Shown here piece by piece: positions 48,618-60,330 of a stretch of DNA of 64,000 nt. The notes under the pieces are model-generated. The model saw nothing but the letters and a program-made list of their open reading frames with translations. It ran no database searches and was not told the DNA's origin. This DNA is from Octopus vulgaris (lineage: Eukaryota). The position numbers and the translations under genes are program-made. Position 1 is the stretch's first letter, and each line of letters opens with the position of its first letter. The stretch lies in contig OX597814.1 of assembly GCA_951406725.2 (NCBI GenBank), positions 187,736,001 to 187,800,000 on the forward strand, given 5' to 3'.

Positions 48618-49667
48618 AACAAGCACACTCAGAGAGTGCAAACCACTGCCAAGGCAACACCAATGTCCTCTCAATGATTAGCCAGAGAGGATTTTTAAAA
48701 TATCTGAAATAAATTTGACTGCTCTTGCAAACGAGAACACTAAAAATGAACCTGACCACTCTCAAAAATTAAGTAAAAAAAACCGGAAAAATAATCCAGA
48801 ATCCTTGTTTGGTACCTGATTTATCCCAATGGTAGTCATGGAATGTGAAGGTGGATGTGCGAGCCATGTTTGCAATGCTGTGTGTGTGTTGTCTGCAGTG
48901 GGAACAGGGACAGTTTACCCTACGAAGGCCTTTTTCAGTCTATCCACTGAAATAGTGTCTTTATGATCATTAAAGTCTATAGTGAAAAATATATCCATGT
49001 GTGAAAGAAAACGGAAAGGACCTGTATACAATGCTGTTAATGGAGGTTTAATAACATCATTGCCCACAAAATCATGAGTCCAAGAAGTAAAGCTTCCTTC
49101 AAAGCAGAGCTAGAAATGCAATTGTCAAGTAGGTAAGAGGTTTTAAACAGGAGCAATATATTCAAAATTGGTAAAACTAAAATTGTCAAGGACAAATTAA
49201 ATTTATTATTGTTACTGAATATGTTAGTATTATTTAATTACTGAATGGTTTTGCTACTATTTATTTATGTAGTTTGATTTCTTTATCTCTCAGTTTCTAC
49301 TAAGGTAGAGACGTGAGTAAAATTAATAATAGAGAAACAAAAATAAAACTTTGGAAACAGCAATGCCGCCATAATTTATGTGGAAACCATGAGCATGCTT
49401 TCAAGGGAGATAATTAGAGAAAGACTTGAAAGTCAAAGTAAGATTGTAATACTTCATGTAAAATAAAGTAAATATTACAAATAATCCAGAATCCTTATCT
49501 GATACTGGATTGATCCCATAATCTAATCAGTTTATGCCAGTCACAAGGCCAAGCAGCACTGAAAGTTTCATCTGAACCCATCCAGCGGTTCTTGTGATAT
49601 CTTGTCCACAGACAAACAAATAAACAAACACAACTGCAAACAATACACCTACCTTCGCTAAGGCAGA

Positions 49668-49672
<5 letters not shown>
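48618..49672 (-). mobile_element. Helentron/DINE-1-like non-autonomous element
   Basis: Minus strand: TT|ACCTCTGCCTT..AAGGTAGGT at the 5' end; subterminal inverted repeat CCTTGGCAGTGGT followed by hairpin CACTC-TCT-GAGTG and CTTGTT at the 3' end; (ACAA)n near the 5' end. Confidence 0.65.
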
Positions 49673-49725
<53 letters not shown>

Positions 49726-50294
49726 GTTGAGTTAGTATTAATACAGTTAATGTAGTTAGAATAAAAAAACTGATTATGAATATTTTCTGCAGTGAAAATA
49801 ACAACAAAATATTAATTATTGACTAAAATTATTTTGAGTCTTTCAGTAAGCATGAAAGACAACTCTGTACATACTCCAGTGATATTAGACCTCCTCAGCA
49901 AAGTATGGACTTCACCTCACTTGCTGAAGAAGTGATGAAAGAATTTCAAAGTACATTTACTATAATGAATAGCTGCAGGTGTACAAAAATACAATCATCC
50001 AGAGAGTAAATTGCCCTTAGGCACTATCTGCACGTAAGAAATAAAATAAAAAAACAACAACAACAAAACAAACAAGAACCAAACAAACAGTGGTTGAGTT
50101 TGTGTAAACATGTTTAATGCTGGGAGCATGCATTAAATATGTTAATACTATTTCTTTCTTCATGTGGTTGCCATGAAAGTGTACTTTATCCTTTGAATAT
50201 TTCTAATAACATTATTTTGTTTTATAGGTCTAACAATTTGAGACGTTGGGGAAACATAATTTCCTGCTCCCGCCCCCTTTGTTAAAGAAATAAC

Positions 50295-50714
50295 AGATCT
50301 TTTTGGTTTGAACGGCAGTTTTTTCTAGCGGTGTCATATGAAATTGTCACCCATAATTATGACCCTAGTATCGATCTATTGCATTTCAATCTGTTTTAGG
50401 GTTAGGGTTAGTTAGGGCTGGGGGGAAGGGTATCTTTTTTTCTTCAGAAATGTAAATAAACCCAATCTGTTTCTTAAACGAGGGACATATTCATATGACA
50501 CAGAATGTTTTCACCTCAATAGACGTCATTGATTGGTTGAAATTGCAGAAATTGAAGAAAAACAACAACAAATATCTTACAAACCATAGAATTTTCTCAA
50601 TAAAGCCAAGAGAAAAAGATGTTTTATAAACACATTCCACCAGTATACGAAGTTTAAAAGTGTTTAGTTACCTAGAAATTATGTTAAAAACTGCCGTTCA
50701 AACCGAAAAGATCC
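50295..50714. mobile_element. MITE, GGATC-terminus family
   Basis: AGATCTTTTTGGTTTGAACGGCAGTTTTT ... AAAAACTGCCGTTCAAACCGAAAAGATCC; internal TTAGGG repeats. Confidence 0.85.
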
Positions 50715-51422
50715 CCGCCCTTTGTTAAAGAAAAAACTCAACTGGATATAAGAAAGTACTACAATATTGAAGGGATACGAAGTATTTGGTCTTCAACTGG
50801 TTGTGATCGTCGTGATTATGATTCTTCAATTTAACAGAAACATTAATTATTGGCCAGTTTATAATAATAATATTTTCTAATAATACATCGAGAAAACTAC
50901 TGAAATCTAGTGAATCCTTTTGATTATCACAAGTGGATATGTATGGAATATTGTCGCATTTTTTATCTGAAACTTTCCTCGTACTTAATTTTAAACATAG
51001 TAGCAGAAATTTGTCAAGAACTTAAAAATATTGATTAGCATGCAGAACAAGGGAAGTAACATTAAATATCTGTAACATGGACTGAGTTACTTCCCTCAGA
51101 CAAATATCCGTAATTACATTACTTTTAAATGTAGCACTGCGTGATTTCAGCTGAAGCTTAACCATTTCTTGCGTGCCATATGTGTAAAATAAGTAATTCT
51201 ATTAAGATTTATAACGTATTACTATATTACTTCAGCTGTAGCTACATCAGAGCTTACATGCCATTTACAACGATACAGTACTTCATTAAAAGCTTGACGA
51301 ATATGTTGATTAACTTTATTTCCTTACAGCAGATTTATGAATCTGTGAGGAAAAATTAATTAAGCTGTACGTTTACTTAGGATAGATTAATAGTCAGCTG
51401 AATAAGACAGCCTATATTTTGT

Positions 51423-51820
51423 CGGTGAGCAGGCAGAAACGTTAGCACGCCGGGCGAAATGCTTAGTAGTATTTCGTCTGCCTTTACATTCTGAGTTCAA
51501 ATTCCGCCGAGGTTGAATTTGACTTTCATCCTTTCGGGGTCGATTCAATAAGTACCAGTTACGCACTGGAGTCGATGTAATCGACTTAATCCCTTTGTCT
51601 GTCCTTGTTTGTCCACTCTATGTTTAGCCTCTTGTGGATAGTAAAGAAATAGGTATTTCGTCTGTCGTTACGTTCTGAGCTCAAATTCTGCCGAAGCTGA
51701 TTTTGACTTTCATCATTTCGGGGTCGATAAATTAAGTACCAGTTACGCACTGGAGTCGATGTAATCGACTTCATCCGTTTGTCTGTCCTTGTTTATCCCC
51801 TTGTGGGAAATGAAGAAATA
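51423..51820 (+). mobile_element. Dimeric group C SINE
   Basis: Junction GTAAAGAAAT|AGGTATTTCG at ~51650. Confidence 0.88.
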
Positions 51821-52204
51821 AGACAGTTTATATTCTGAAAATACCTTTTAAAATAACGTTAGAAATCAAACCTAAAGTTACATTTTCAGTTACTGATATT
51901 AATTAGCAGAATAGTGTAAAATAAATGAATGTAAAGCCTTCAAATGAGCAGAAATTACTGAGAATTATCAGCGAGTTTATAGAAAGGCCGAGTTTGATTA
52001 TCTGGTATTTAGTGAGATTGCAAATATTTCCATAATTCTGTGCCCCACAACACAGGACTAAGAACAATGTATTTTGAATGTTAAAAAATAAGTCTCTTCA
52101 AATACTACTAAATTTTTTAAACGTAATTTCTATTGTCTTTTATTTTAGTCTGAAGATAAAAGGCATCTCCCAATTACAACTTATTTGTATTGTCATTGCA
52201 AATA

Positions 52205-52410
52205 AAGGCGGACAGCAGGCCAAATTAAATACCTTGGCATTTCTTTCATCTTTACATTCTGAGTTCAAATGCTATTGATGTTGACTTAGCTTTTTGTCCT
52301 TTAGGGGTCGATAAATTAAGTACCAGTTATACATTAGGGTTGATATAATTGACTAGATCTGCTCCCACAAAATTTTAGGCCTTGTGTCTATAACAGAAAG
52401 GATTATTAAT
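52205..52410 (+). mobile_element. SINE group C with (ATT) tail
   Basis: Core plus tail GGCCTTGTGTCTATAACAGAAAGGATTATT. Confidence 0.7.
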
Positions 52411-52499
52411 TGCAAATACAAATCAGAAACAGCTATTGATAATTTGAAGCAATTCTTTTACTCTTACACTTGTTTCAGTAATGTGACTGTGGCCAACGC

Positions 52500-52545
52500 C
52501 CTGTGAGTGGATTTGGTAGACAAAAACTGAAAGAAGCCCATCGTA

Positions 52546-52596
<51 letters not shown>

Positions 52597-52815
52597 ATAT
52601 GTTTGTGTGTCTGTGTTTGTCCCCCCCAACATCGCTTGACAACTGATGCTGATGTGTTTACATCCCCCGTAACTTAGCAGTTCGGCAAAAGGGACTGATA
52701 GAATAAGTACTAGGCTTACAAAGAATAAGTCCTGGGGTCGATTTGCTTGACTAAATGCGGTGTTCCAGCATGGCTGCAGTCAAAGGACTGAAACAAGTAA
52801 AAGTATAAAAGAGTA
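52500..52815 (+). mobile_element. SINE group A, 5'-truncated, preceded by an inverted tail piece (52455-52495)
   Basis: Body and tail match group A. Confidence 0.8.
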
Positions 52816-53097
52816 TTCAGTTGTAGAATTTTTTTGTTTATGACAAGTTCTTTCAAGTTTTAGAGTAAAAGAAATGCAAATATTAGAATTCGTTTGAGAT
52901 TAAGCAAAATAAGAAAATGGCAAGTAAATCCCCCTCATCTTTGCTCAAGACACTACACAGTCGGACCAAATCTGAGACTACAAGGTTTGGGAAACAAATG
53001 CCTTACCACCCAGTGATGAGATAAGAAATTTAAATCTATGAAAAAAAAAACCCAAACAAAATAGATATAAAAAATCTTGCTAGTTATGGTTGGAGAC

Positions 53098-53470
53098 GTG
53101 GAGGCAAAATGGCCCAGTGGTTAAGGCAGCGGAATCACGGTCATAGGATCGTGGTTTCGATTCTCAGACCAGGCGTTGAGTGTTTATTGAGCGAAAACAC
53201 CTAAATCTCCCTGAGGCTCCGGCAGGGGATGGTGGCGAACCCTGCTGTACTCTTTCTCTCACTCTTACTTCCTGTTTCTGTTGTGCCTGTAATTCAAAGA
53301 GCCAGCCTTGTCACACTGTGTCACGTTGAATGTTCCCAAGAACTACGTTAAGGGTACACGTGTCTGTGGAGTGCTCAGCCACTTGCATGGTAATTTCACG
53401 AGCAGGCTGTTCCGTTGATCAGATAAACTGGAACCCTCGACGTCGTAAGCTACGGAGTGCCAACAGCAAC
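53098..53470 (+). mobile_element. SINE group D (tail type 3)
   Basis: Group D head with a different 3' half ending CGGAGTGCCAACAGCAAC. Confidence 0.85.
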
Positions 53471-53519
53471 AATGGTTGGATACAGAAGTGAATGATTGGA
53501 CAAGCAAAATTTTAATTTA

Positions 53520-53808
53520 GAGTCCTTATATATCGCATAAAAAAGTCCGTCGTGTGTATATATATATACATATATATATATATGTATGCATGTATTCGTC
53601 TCACACACACACACACAATCGCCTAACAAACGATGTTGGTGTGTTTACGTCTCCGTAATTTAGTGGCAAAAAAAAAAACCCAAGAGAATAAGTACTAGGC
53701 TTACAAAGAATAAGTCCTGGGGTTGATTTGCTCGACTAAAGGCGGTGCTCCAGCATGGCCGCTGTCAAATGACTGAAACAAGTAAAAGAGAGTAAAAGAG
53801 TAAAAGAA
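53520..53808 (+). mobile_element. SINE group A, 3' part
   Basis: Tail match. Confidence 0.8.
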
Positions 53809-54203
53809 TAATATACATATACACACAAAAGTCAGGGATAACCTGACAAGCAATCATAAGGGGAGATAATTCAAAGGAATTAAAAAATTCTCATGATTAA
53901 AAGAAAATATCATTTAAGGTAGCAACGACGCCATTCATATTCTTGCCTTATTGGACCTCTTCCGTGCAGTACAGTCAGCACGAACCTGCTTGATTAATCG
54001 AAAACAATTTCTTAACTATGGAAAAATGTTTAGAAATATTTTGGCTGACATTAACTTGCATAGAATAAGAAAATTGACCTAGGGGGAATAACTCCTATTT
54101 AATTTAAGGGAATTAACTTATAATTTAATTTCATAAATATATGCTTCATGCTTTCGTCTTTTTATTCGAATTGTGATATCTAAGAGTTACGTCGCTTACA
54201 TAG

Positions 54204-54506
54204 TTAATAATAATAATAATGAAATTATTGTATACAGTGCTCAGGTGCACCACAACTTGTCAGAAAGTGCATATAAAGTACATGCAGTAATGTAGAAATG
54301 TCTGGAAAGCGAACAATGTATGAGTCAGATACATGCTTGTGCGTGTATGGAGGGGAGAAAATCAAGTGTAGTGTTGGCGAATCTCAGGAAGCATGGAAGT
54401 TTTGAAGGATGCAGTGCTCCGACAACTAACAACTGATGCCGGCAGTTTGTTCCATGCTTCAGCAACTCTCAGCGTGAAAAAATGTTTCCTGAAGTCATGG
54501 GAGCTG
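54204..54506 (-). mobile_element. CR1-clade LINE 3' end
   Basis: SSHDFRKHFFTLRVAEAWNKLPASVVSCRSTASFK, then stop, short UTR and (ATT)n tail. Confidence 0.85.
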
Positions 54507-54824
54507 TTGAATGGATACTGAATAAAAATAAAAATTAAAAAGCAAAAGAAAAAGAAAAATTTTGAAAGAAGCGAGTGTAGTGATTAAAGAAACTAATTTC
54601 GCTTTCCAAAAAATGTTTTAGTCTTCTGTAAAAGATTTATTGTCTTTTATAAAAAAAAAATCAGTGAGCAAATAATGATCTTTGGGTTGAACTCAAAAAT
54701 GTCTAAGTCTCACGTGTCTTATTCAGAAAGCTCCAGTAAAGGAAATATAATAAGTTAAGATGGTTGATAACTAGTATTCTTAATTAAAAAAAAAAAATTT
54801 TTTACGTATTTTGACAGAAAAAAA

Positions 54825-55195
54825 CGTCAACACTAACATTAAAATAAAAATCAAATGGAAATTGTAGTTAAGATACCCATGCAGGTGACATGTAAAAAGC
54901 ACCGTCCGAACGTGACCGGTGCCAGCGCCACCTCGACTGGCTTCTGTGCCGGTGGCATGTAAAAAGCACCAATTGATCGTGGCCGTTGTCAGCCCCGCCT
55001 GGCACCTGTGCCGGTGGCACGTAAAAAGCACCCACTACACTCATGGAGTGGTTGGCGTTAAGAAGGGCATCCAGCTGTAGAAACTATACCAGATCAGACT
55101 GGAGCCTGTTGCAGCCTCCTGGCTTCCCAGACCCCGGTCAAACCGTCCAACCCATGCTAGCATGGAGAACGGACGTTAAACGATGATGACGATGA
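54825..55195 (+). mobile_element. RTE 3' UTR fragment
   Basis: Same subfamily as 940-1295. Confidence 0.85.
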
Positions 55196-55372
55196 AGACA
55201 AAACTGCAAAAAAGAAAAGAAAAAAAAAGCAAACAAACAAAAACACACCGCTTTTACTCCATAATATTTTACAGAAAAAGAAAGGATTGCCTGAATGGAA
55301 TTAAGAGAAATTATTGCCAGGAATGTAGCACAAATGAATCTAAAGGTCCAGCTGTTTATATATTAGTAATGC

Positions 55373-55423
55373 GTCCCCAAAGCCCATCCCCTCCTCACTG
55401 TGGTGGGGACGCTGGCAACGGGT
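55373..55423 (+). ncRNA. Candidate minimal HDV-like ribozyme
   Basis: P1 GTCCCCA/TGGGGAC; P2 GCCCAT/ACGGGT (one mismatch); L3-like TCCTCAC; P3 CC/GG; J4/2-like GGCAA; no P4. Confidence 0.55.
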
Positions 55424-55748
55424 AGTGTCAGAGCTATGCCGTCGGGAACTTCGGTTCCTGGTAAGTCCACCCAAGGCGGATTGGTCTGACACCGAGTGGT
55501 ATTAGGGCCGCAACCCGGCAGACAGGGCTCTGGTGAAAATCCTCAGAGTGTCTGTTTCGGCAACCGGCGGCTCCTCGGTCGTTCTGTCCCTGCGTCTGCG
55601 GACAATCAGCAGCAAACAGGATGTCTCTACATGCGAGATTGTTGGGGACCGCTTGTAAAATCCACATATTCCCATGAAACTTCTTCCATGGTAGAAGAAG
55701 CCGACTTAACCCGCCCAGGGTGAATGTCGCCACGAGTACAAGTACAAG
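55373..55748 (+). mobile_element. Non-autonomous retroposon with (AGTACA)n tail and candidate 5' HDV-like ribozyme
   Basis: GC-rich island; TSD TATATTAGTAATGC (55359-55372) / TATATTGGTAATGC (55749-55762); no tRNA-like head seen. Confidence 0.8.
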
Positions 55749-56077
55749 TATATTGGTAATGCAACATAGCTAAATATAGAAATTAAAGTATTAAATAGCC
55801 GGGGATGGTTGAGACAAGAATTGTTTCATGATGATCAGCTGCCATTTGGGAATAGCAATGATGTTATTTTAGTTATTTATTGAAACGGTTGTTATACGGA
55901 AGATTGTTTTGATATTTATTTTACATTCTTACTTTAGAACATATTCATTATTATTTGTATTATTTCCTTAATGCTTTATTTTAATTTATGCAATTAAAAA
56001 GTGGTTAAAATGCAAAATAGAAATGTTGAAGTATTGTCATGTAGTGGTTTATTCCAAAAAAAAAAAAAAAAACATGT

Positions 56078-56517
56078 GCAAGCATGGCTGTGTTGCAAGG
56101 AGCTTGCTTCCCAACCACATAGTTCTGGGTTCAGTCCCACTGCATGGTACCTTAGACAAGTGTCTTCAACTATAGCCTTGGGCTGCCCAAAGCCTTGTGA
56201 GTAGATTTAGTTGATGGAAACTGAAAGAAGGCTGTCATATGTATGAGTGTATGTATGTATGTATGTATGTATGTATGTATGTATGTATGTATGTATGTAT
56301 GTATGTATGTATATGCGTTTGTGTGTGTTTGTTGATCCCCATCCATTGCTTGACAACTGGTGTTTGTGTATTTATGTCCCTATAACTAAGAGACTAATAA
56401 AATAAGTACCAGACTTTAAAAAAAAAAACAAAAGTGCCAGGGTCTATTCATTTGACTAAAATTCCTTCAAGGCAGTACCCCAGTATGGTTGCAGTCTAAT
56501 GACTGAAACAAGTAAAA
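56078..56517 (+). mobile_element. Diverged SINE group A with (TATG)n
   Basis: Head, body and tail recognisable. Confidence 0.75.
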
Positions 56518-56879
56518 CTGTAGAACACTTTATATCTAGAAGTGTTCTACAGTTTTAAATCTATTATTAAGAAAGTTTATAATACAACATTGATGGCATC
56601 AAAAATACTTTTATGAAACTAAAAGATGTTATCATCTTGCATAGCATTCATTTAGCAATAATTCAAGAAGTGTCTTACTACCTCAAAAATAGAAAGCCTA
56701 GTATTCAAAATCACGATAGGATCAGCCTAGACAGAACCTGCACAATGATGTGTGAGTGTGTAATAAGATAAATGTAAATACGTATATAAGAAATATCAAA
56801 TATGACATTAACAGGAACGAAACTGCAAACAGAAGCTTTCAAAATAAAAGGCAGCGACATGAAGCTCATTTAGTCTTTC

Positions 56880-57270
56880 AGTTGTTTCAGTCATTTGACT
56901 GCGCCCATGCTGGAGTACTGCCTTTAGTCGAGCAAATCGACCCTGGGACTTATTCTTTGTAAGCCTAGTACTTATTCTATCGGTCTCTTTTGCCGAACCA
57001 CTAAGTTATGGGGACGTAAACATACCAGCATCGGTTGTCAAGCGATGTTGGGGGGACAAACACAGACACACAAACATATACACACACATACATATATACG
57101 GCGGGCTTCCTTCAGTTTCCGTCTACCAAATCCACTCACAAGGCTTTGGTCGGCCCGAGGCTATAGTAGAAGACACTTGCCTAAGGTACCACGCAGTGGG
57201 ACTGAACCCGGAACCATGTAGTTGGTAAGCAACTTACCACACAGTCACTGCTTACCACACAGCCACTCCT
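56880..57270 (-). mobile_element. SINE group A
   Basis: Reverse complement of 16-415. Confidence 0.9.
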
Positions 57271-57364
57271 AAACATATATATTTGTCTAACACAAATCTC
57301 ACCGACCGTTCCACTAAAATACACACTCAACTCCCACCCTTTACCAGAGTATGACACTGAGTAC

Positions 57365-58217
57365 GGATCTTTTTCTGTTTGGTTGCCAGCCTCAATTTTC
57401 TGTTCGAATTGATCCCATATTCAGTGTAATGATACACTTTCATAGACAGGCTAATTAATGGCGTGAAAGTAATTTTCGATATATATCAATAAATAAATAG
57501 TTATTAGTAATTAAAGTTTGAAAATTTTGTTAATTTTAGCCAATCGTAAGCCAGGGACACATTCATGTCTGTTTCGAAAGTAACAAGCGGACACATAAGA
57601 ATTCTTTTTTCTTATTGCCAAAGTAACAGTCTTTGAAAAGTTTGCGAGGAAGTACGTTTTGACAGCAGTCTTGTTTGCTCGTTTCTTTTTGTCATTGAGC
57701 ATCGAGGTGGTTGTGAGGTGTGCTAAAAATAACAGCTAAATATGATCTTTGCAATAAATCTTTTAAATTAAAATTTATTTGCCAATATTTCGTTCAGAGA
57801 TTTAAAACTGTTTTTCTCTTTTAAATGAATACAAACATTTATTTACATGAAAGGAAATAACCGGAGAACTTTCGTGCTAAAAATAACAGCTAAATAAGTT
57901 TATTTACATGAAAAAATATTACCGGAGACATAACACGTGTTGTTTACAAGTATAGACAATACGTACTATTTTCGGGATGTTGACGACAAAATGTGCAGTC
58001 ACGCACAAAATGACAGCTTCCAAATCCTGTTTCCTGACTGGTTGTAAATGATCAAACTTTAAACCTCTATAACTTTTTAAAAACATTTTTCTGAAGAAAA
58101 AAATAAATGAAATAACTCCAGCAGTTCAGTTTGGGCAAGTCTATTATTGTGCTAAATTTTAAAATTTTCGGTAAACTTTAATTTTTGGAGTCACTGGCAA
58201 CCGAACGGAAAAGATCC
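57365..58217. mobile_element. Longer GGATC-terminus non-autonomous DNA transposon
   Basis: GGATCTTTTTCTGTTTGGTTGCCAG ... CTGGCAACCGAACGGAAAAGATCC; flanks CTGAGTAC / CTGAACAC. Confidence 0.8.
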
Positions 58218-58507
58218 CTGAACACTCAACGCATCTTCATTTTAGTATATTACAGATAATTAAAGAAGTAACAATAGTATCACAACTGAACTTTTTACAT
58301 CCTAAATATCTCACATCAATACACATACACCTCACCAAGCTAACTAAAACAACTTTATCGCAGGCATCACCTTTACAACTTAACAAACACTTGTAGAAGA
58401 AGCTGTAACGGTTGATTAGTCCAAAGTCTGTGAAACGTAAACATGGAAAATAAAAATGTTGTTTACAGTTTTCATTCGTATTTAGGATCAGTATACAAGG
58501 CTGTAGT

Positions 58508-58740
58508 GGGGGCACATGGCCTAGTGGTTAGAGCAGCGGACTCACAGTCGAGGGATCATGGGTTTGAATCTCAGACCGGGCAATAAGTGTGTTTATGAGC
58601 AAAACACGCGGCTCCGGCAGAAGGTAATGGCGAACTTCTGCTGACTCTTTCTCTCACTCTTTCCTCCTGCATCTTGCAACTCACATGCGACGGAACCTAT
58701 ACGCCAAGGAGAGCCAGGCGTAGATCGAGAAGGAACAAAC
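58508..58740 (+). mobile_element. SINE group D, internally deleted
   Basis: TSD ATACAAGGCTGTAGT at 58493-58507 and 58741-58755. Confidence 0.88.
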
Positions 58741-59049
58741 ATACAAGGCTGTAGTAGTCAGCAGTTTAGTGGTACGATACAAATGAAGCTCGTGCGTCCT
58801 TAGGAATATGTCTGGTAGGAAAAGCTGTTTGATAGAAAGCGAAAATATACTGACCGCTAATGTTCTCTCCTATGTAAGTTCGAGAACAAAGGAATTTATA
58901 TGTTTTATCTACCATAACCTTAAAATGACCGTAGAATTTTACTCTAACAAAGGAACAAAGATAAGTTTGACAGGTGACCTCGTAAATTTATAAGTACTAA
59001 CGTCAAAAACAAAGCTAAAGACGTCGTAGGAAAATCTAGGTTAAAGTTT

Positions 59050-60330
59050 CGATTCTTGGCTATGAATCCAAGAAACGATGTCTCCTTAACTTTCCTCTGA
59101 CCACCTACCAATTATAATCACACCACCAATGCGCGTCAATGTAAAAAGCAAAAACACTTTTATAAGCTTGGAAAAAAAGGAGAAAACAAGAAGCCAAATT
59201 AGAGAGAAATTTTACCAAGAAATTGAATCTGCTTTTCAAAATTCAATAACATTGCAATACACGCGGGCAACAAAATGATTACAGACGCATCCAAAAAGCC
59301 AATTCCAACACGACAACATTAAAAAAATATGACCCTAATTACCCATCAGAAATGCCTAATTTTATAAAAAAAATTCACACCAACAATGGAAATAAAACTC
59401 AGCATCAAGCAACTAAACTAAGAAAAAAAACTTTTTTTCGCCCTTTTCAAGCCGAGCCAGGCTCATGGGCCCGGTTTCCCGGTTTCTGTGGCGTATGTGT
59501 TCCCCCATCCCAGCTGGATGGGACGCCAGTCCATCGCAGCGTTACTCAAGAAACAGGAAGAGGGAGTGAGAGAAAGTTGTGGCGAAAGAGTACAACAGAG
59601 GTCGCCACCAACCCCTGCCGGAGCCTCGTGGAGCTTTTAGGTGTTTTCGCTCAATAAACATACACAACGCTCGGTCTGGGAATCGAAACCGCGATCCTCC
59701 GACTCTGCTGCCCTAACCAGTGGACCATTGCGCCTCCGAACTAAGAACTAACAGAAAAAATAAATAGAAAAATAGAAAACCAAGGAGCAATTGTATCCAA
59801 TGTAAACCGCAAAACAAGCAGTAACACACTATTTAGAGCATTCCCACTACCATCACCAACAATGGTTACACCACACCATGTGTCTCAATGATAACGTTTA
59901 AATAACACGTTCACAGTGCAACACGAAAATAACGTCTTGGTCAAACATTTCTCAAAAATCAATCTCCAAAATCTATTCAAAGAAGACATAACATATAACA
60001 AACAATACACTCTTTCTACCTTGACCATCGTTTTGAATTCTTTCCCCATTAAAAATCCAAAAGACAATTGGTAAATGTGAAAACTCAAAGGGCCTCAAGG
60101 CCAGACAAAATGACAAAAATGCATATACGACATATAGGTACTTGAAGAATTTTACATACATTAACATTCACCACTGTCAAATTCTCAGATTCTGGGAACT
60201 TGCAAAAGTCACAATTCTAAAGCCCAACAAAAAACACAAGTGAAGTAACATCATACAAATCCATAATTCTTTATGTAAAAACTAAAAAATTCTAGAAAGG
60301 CTAACCATTCATTTGTCCAAATCACAATAC
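59050..60330 (+). mobile_element. Highly degenerate APE-type LINE ORF2
   Basis: SDHLPII (end of endonuclease), NSKGLKARQ / GPQGQ region resembling KAxGPD, and ILKPNK pre-RT motif in broken frames. Confidence 0.55.
59430..59738 (-). mobile_element. SINE group D
   Basis: Reverse-complement group D head; AACTAAGAA on both flanks. Confidence 0.85.

Noticed and set aside
50396-50417. Interstitial telomere or chromosome fusion scar
   Set aside because: Only about three TTAGGG units, internal to a MITE.
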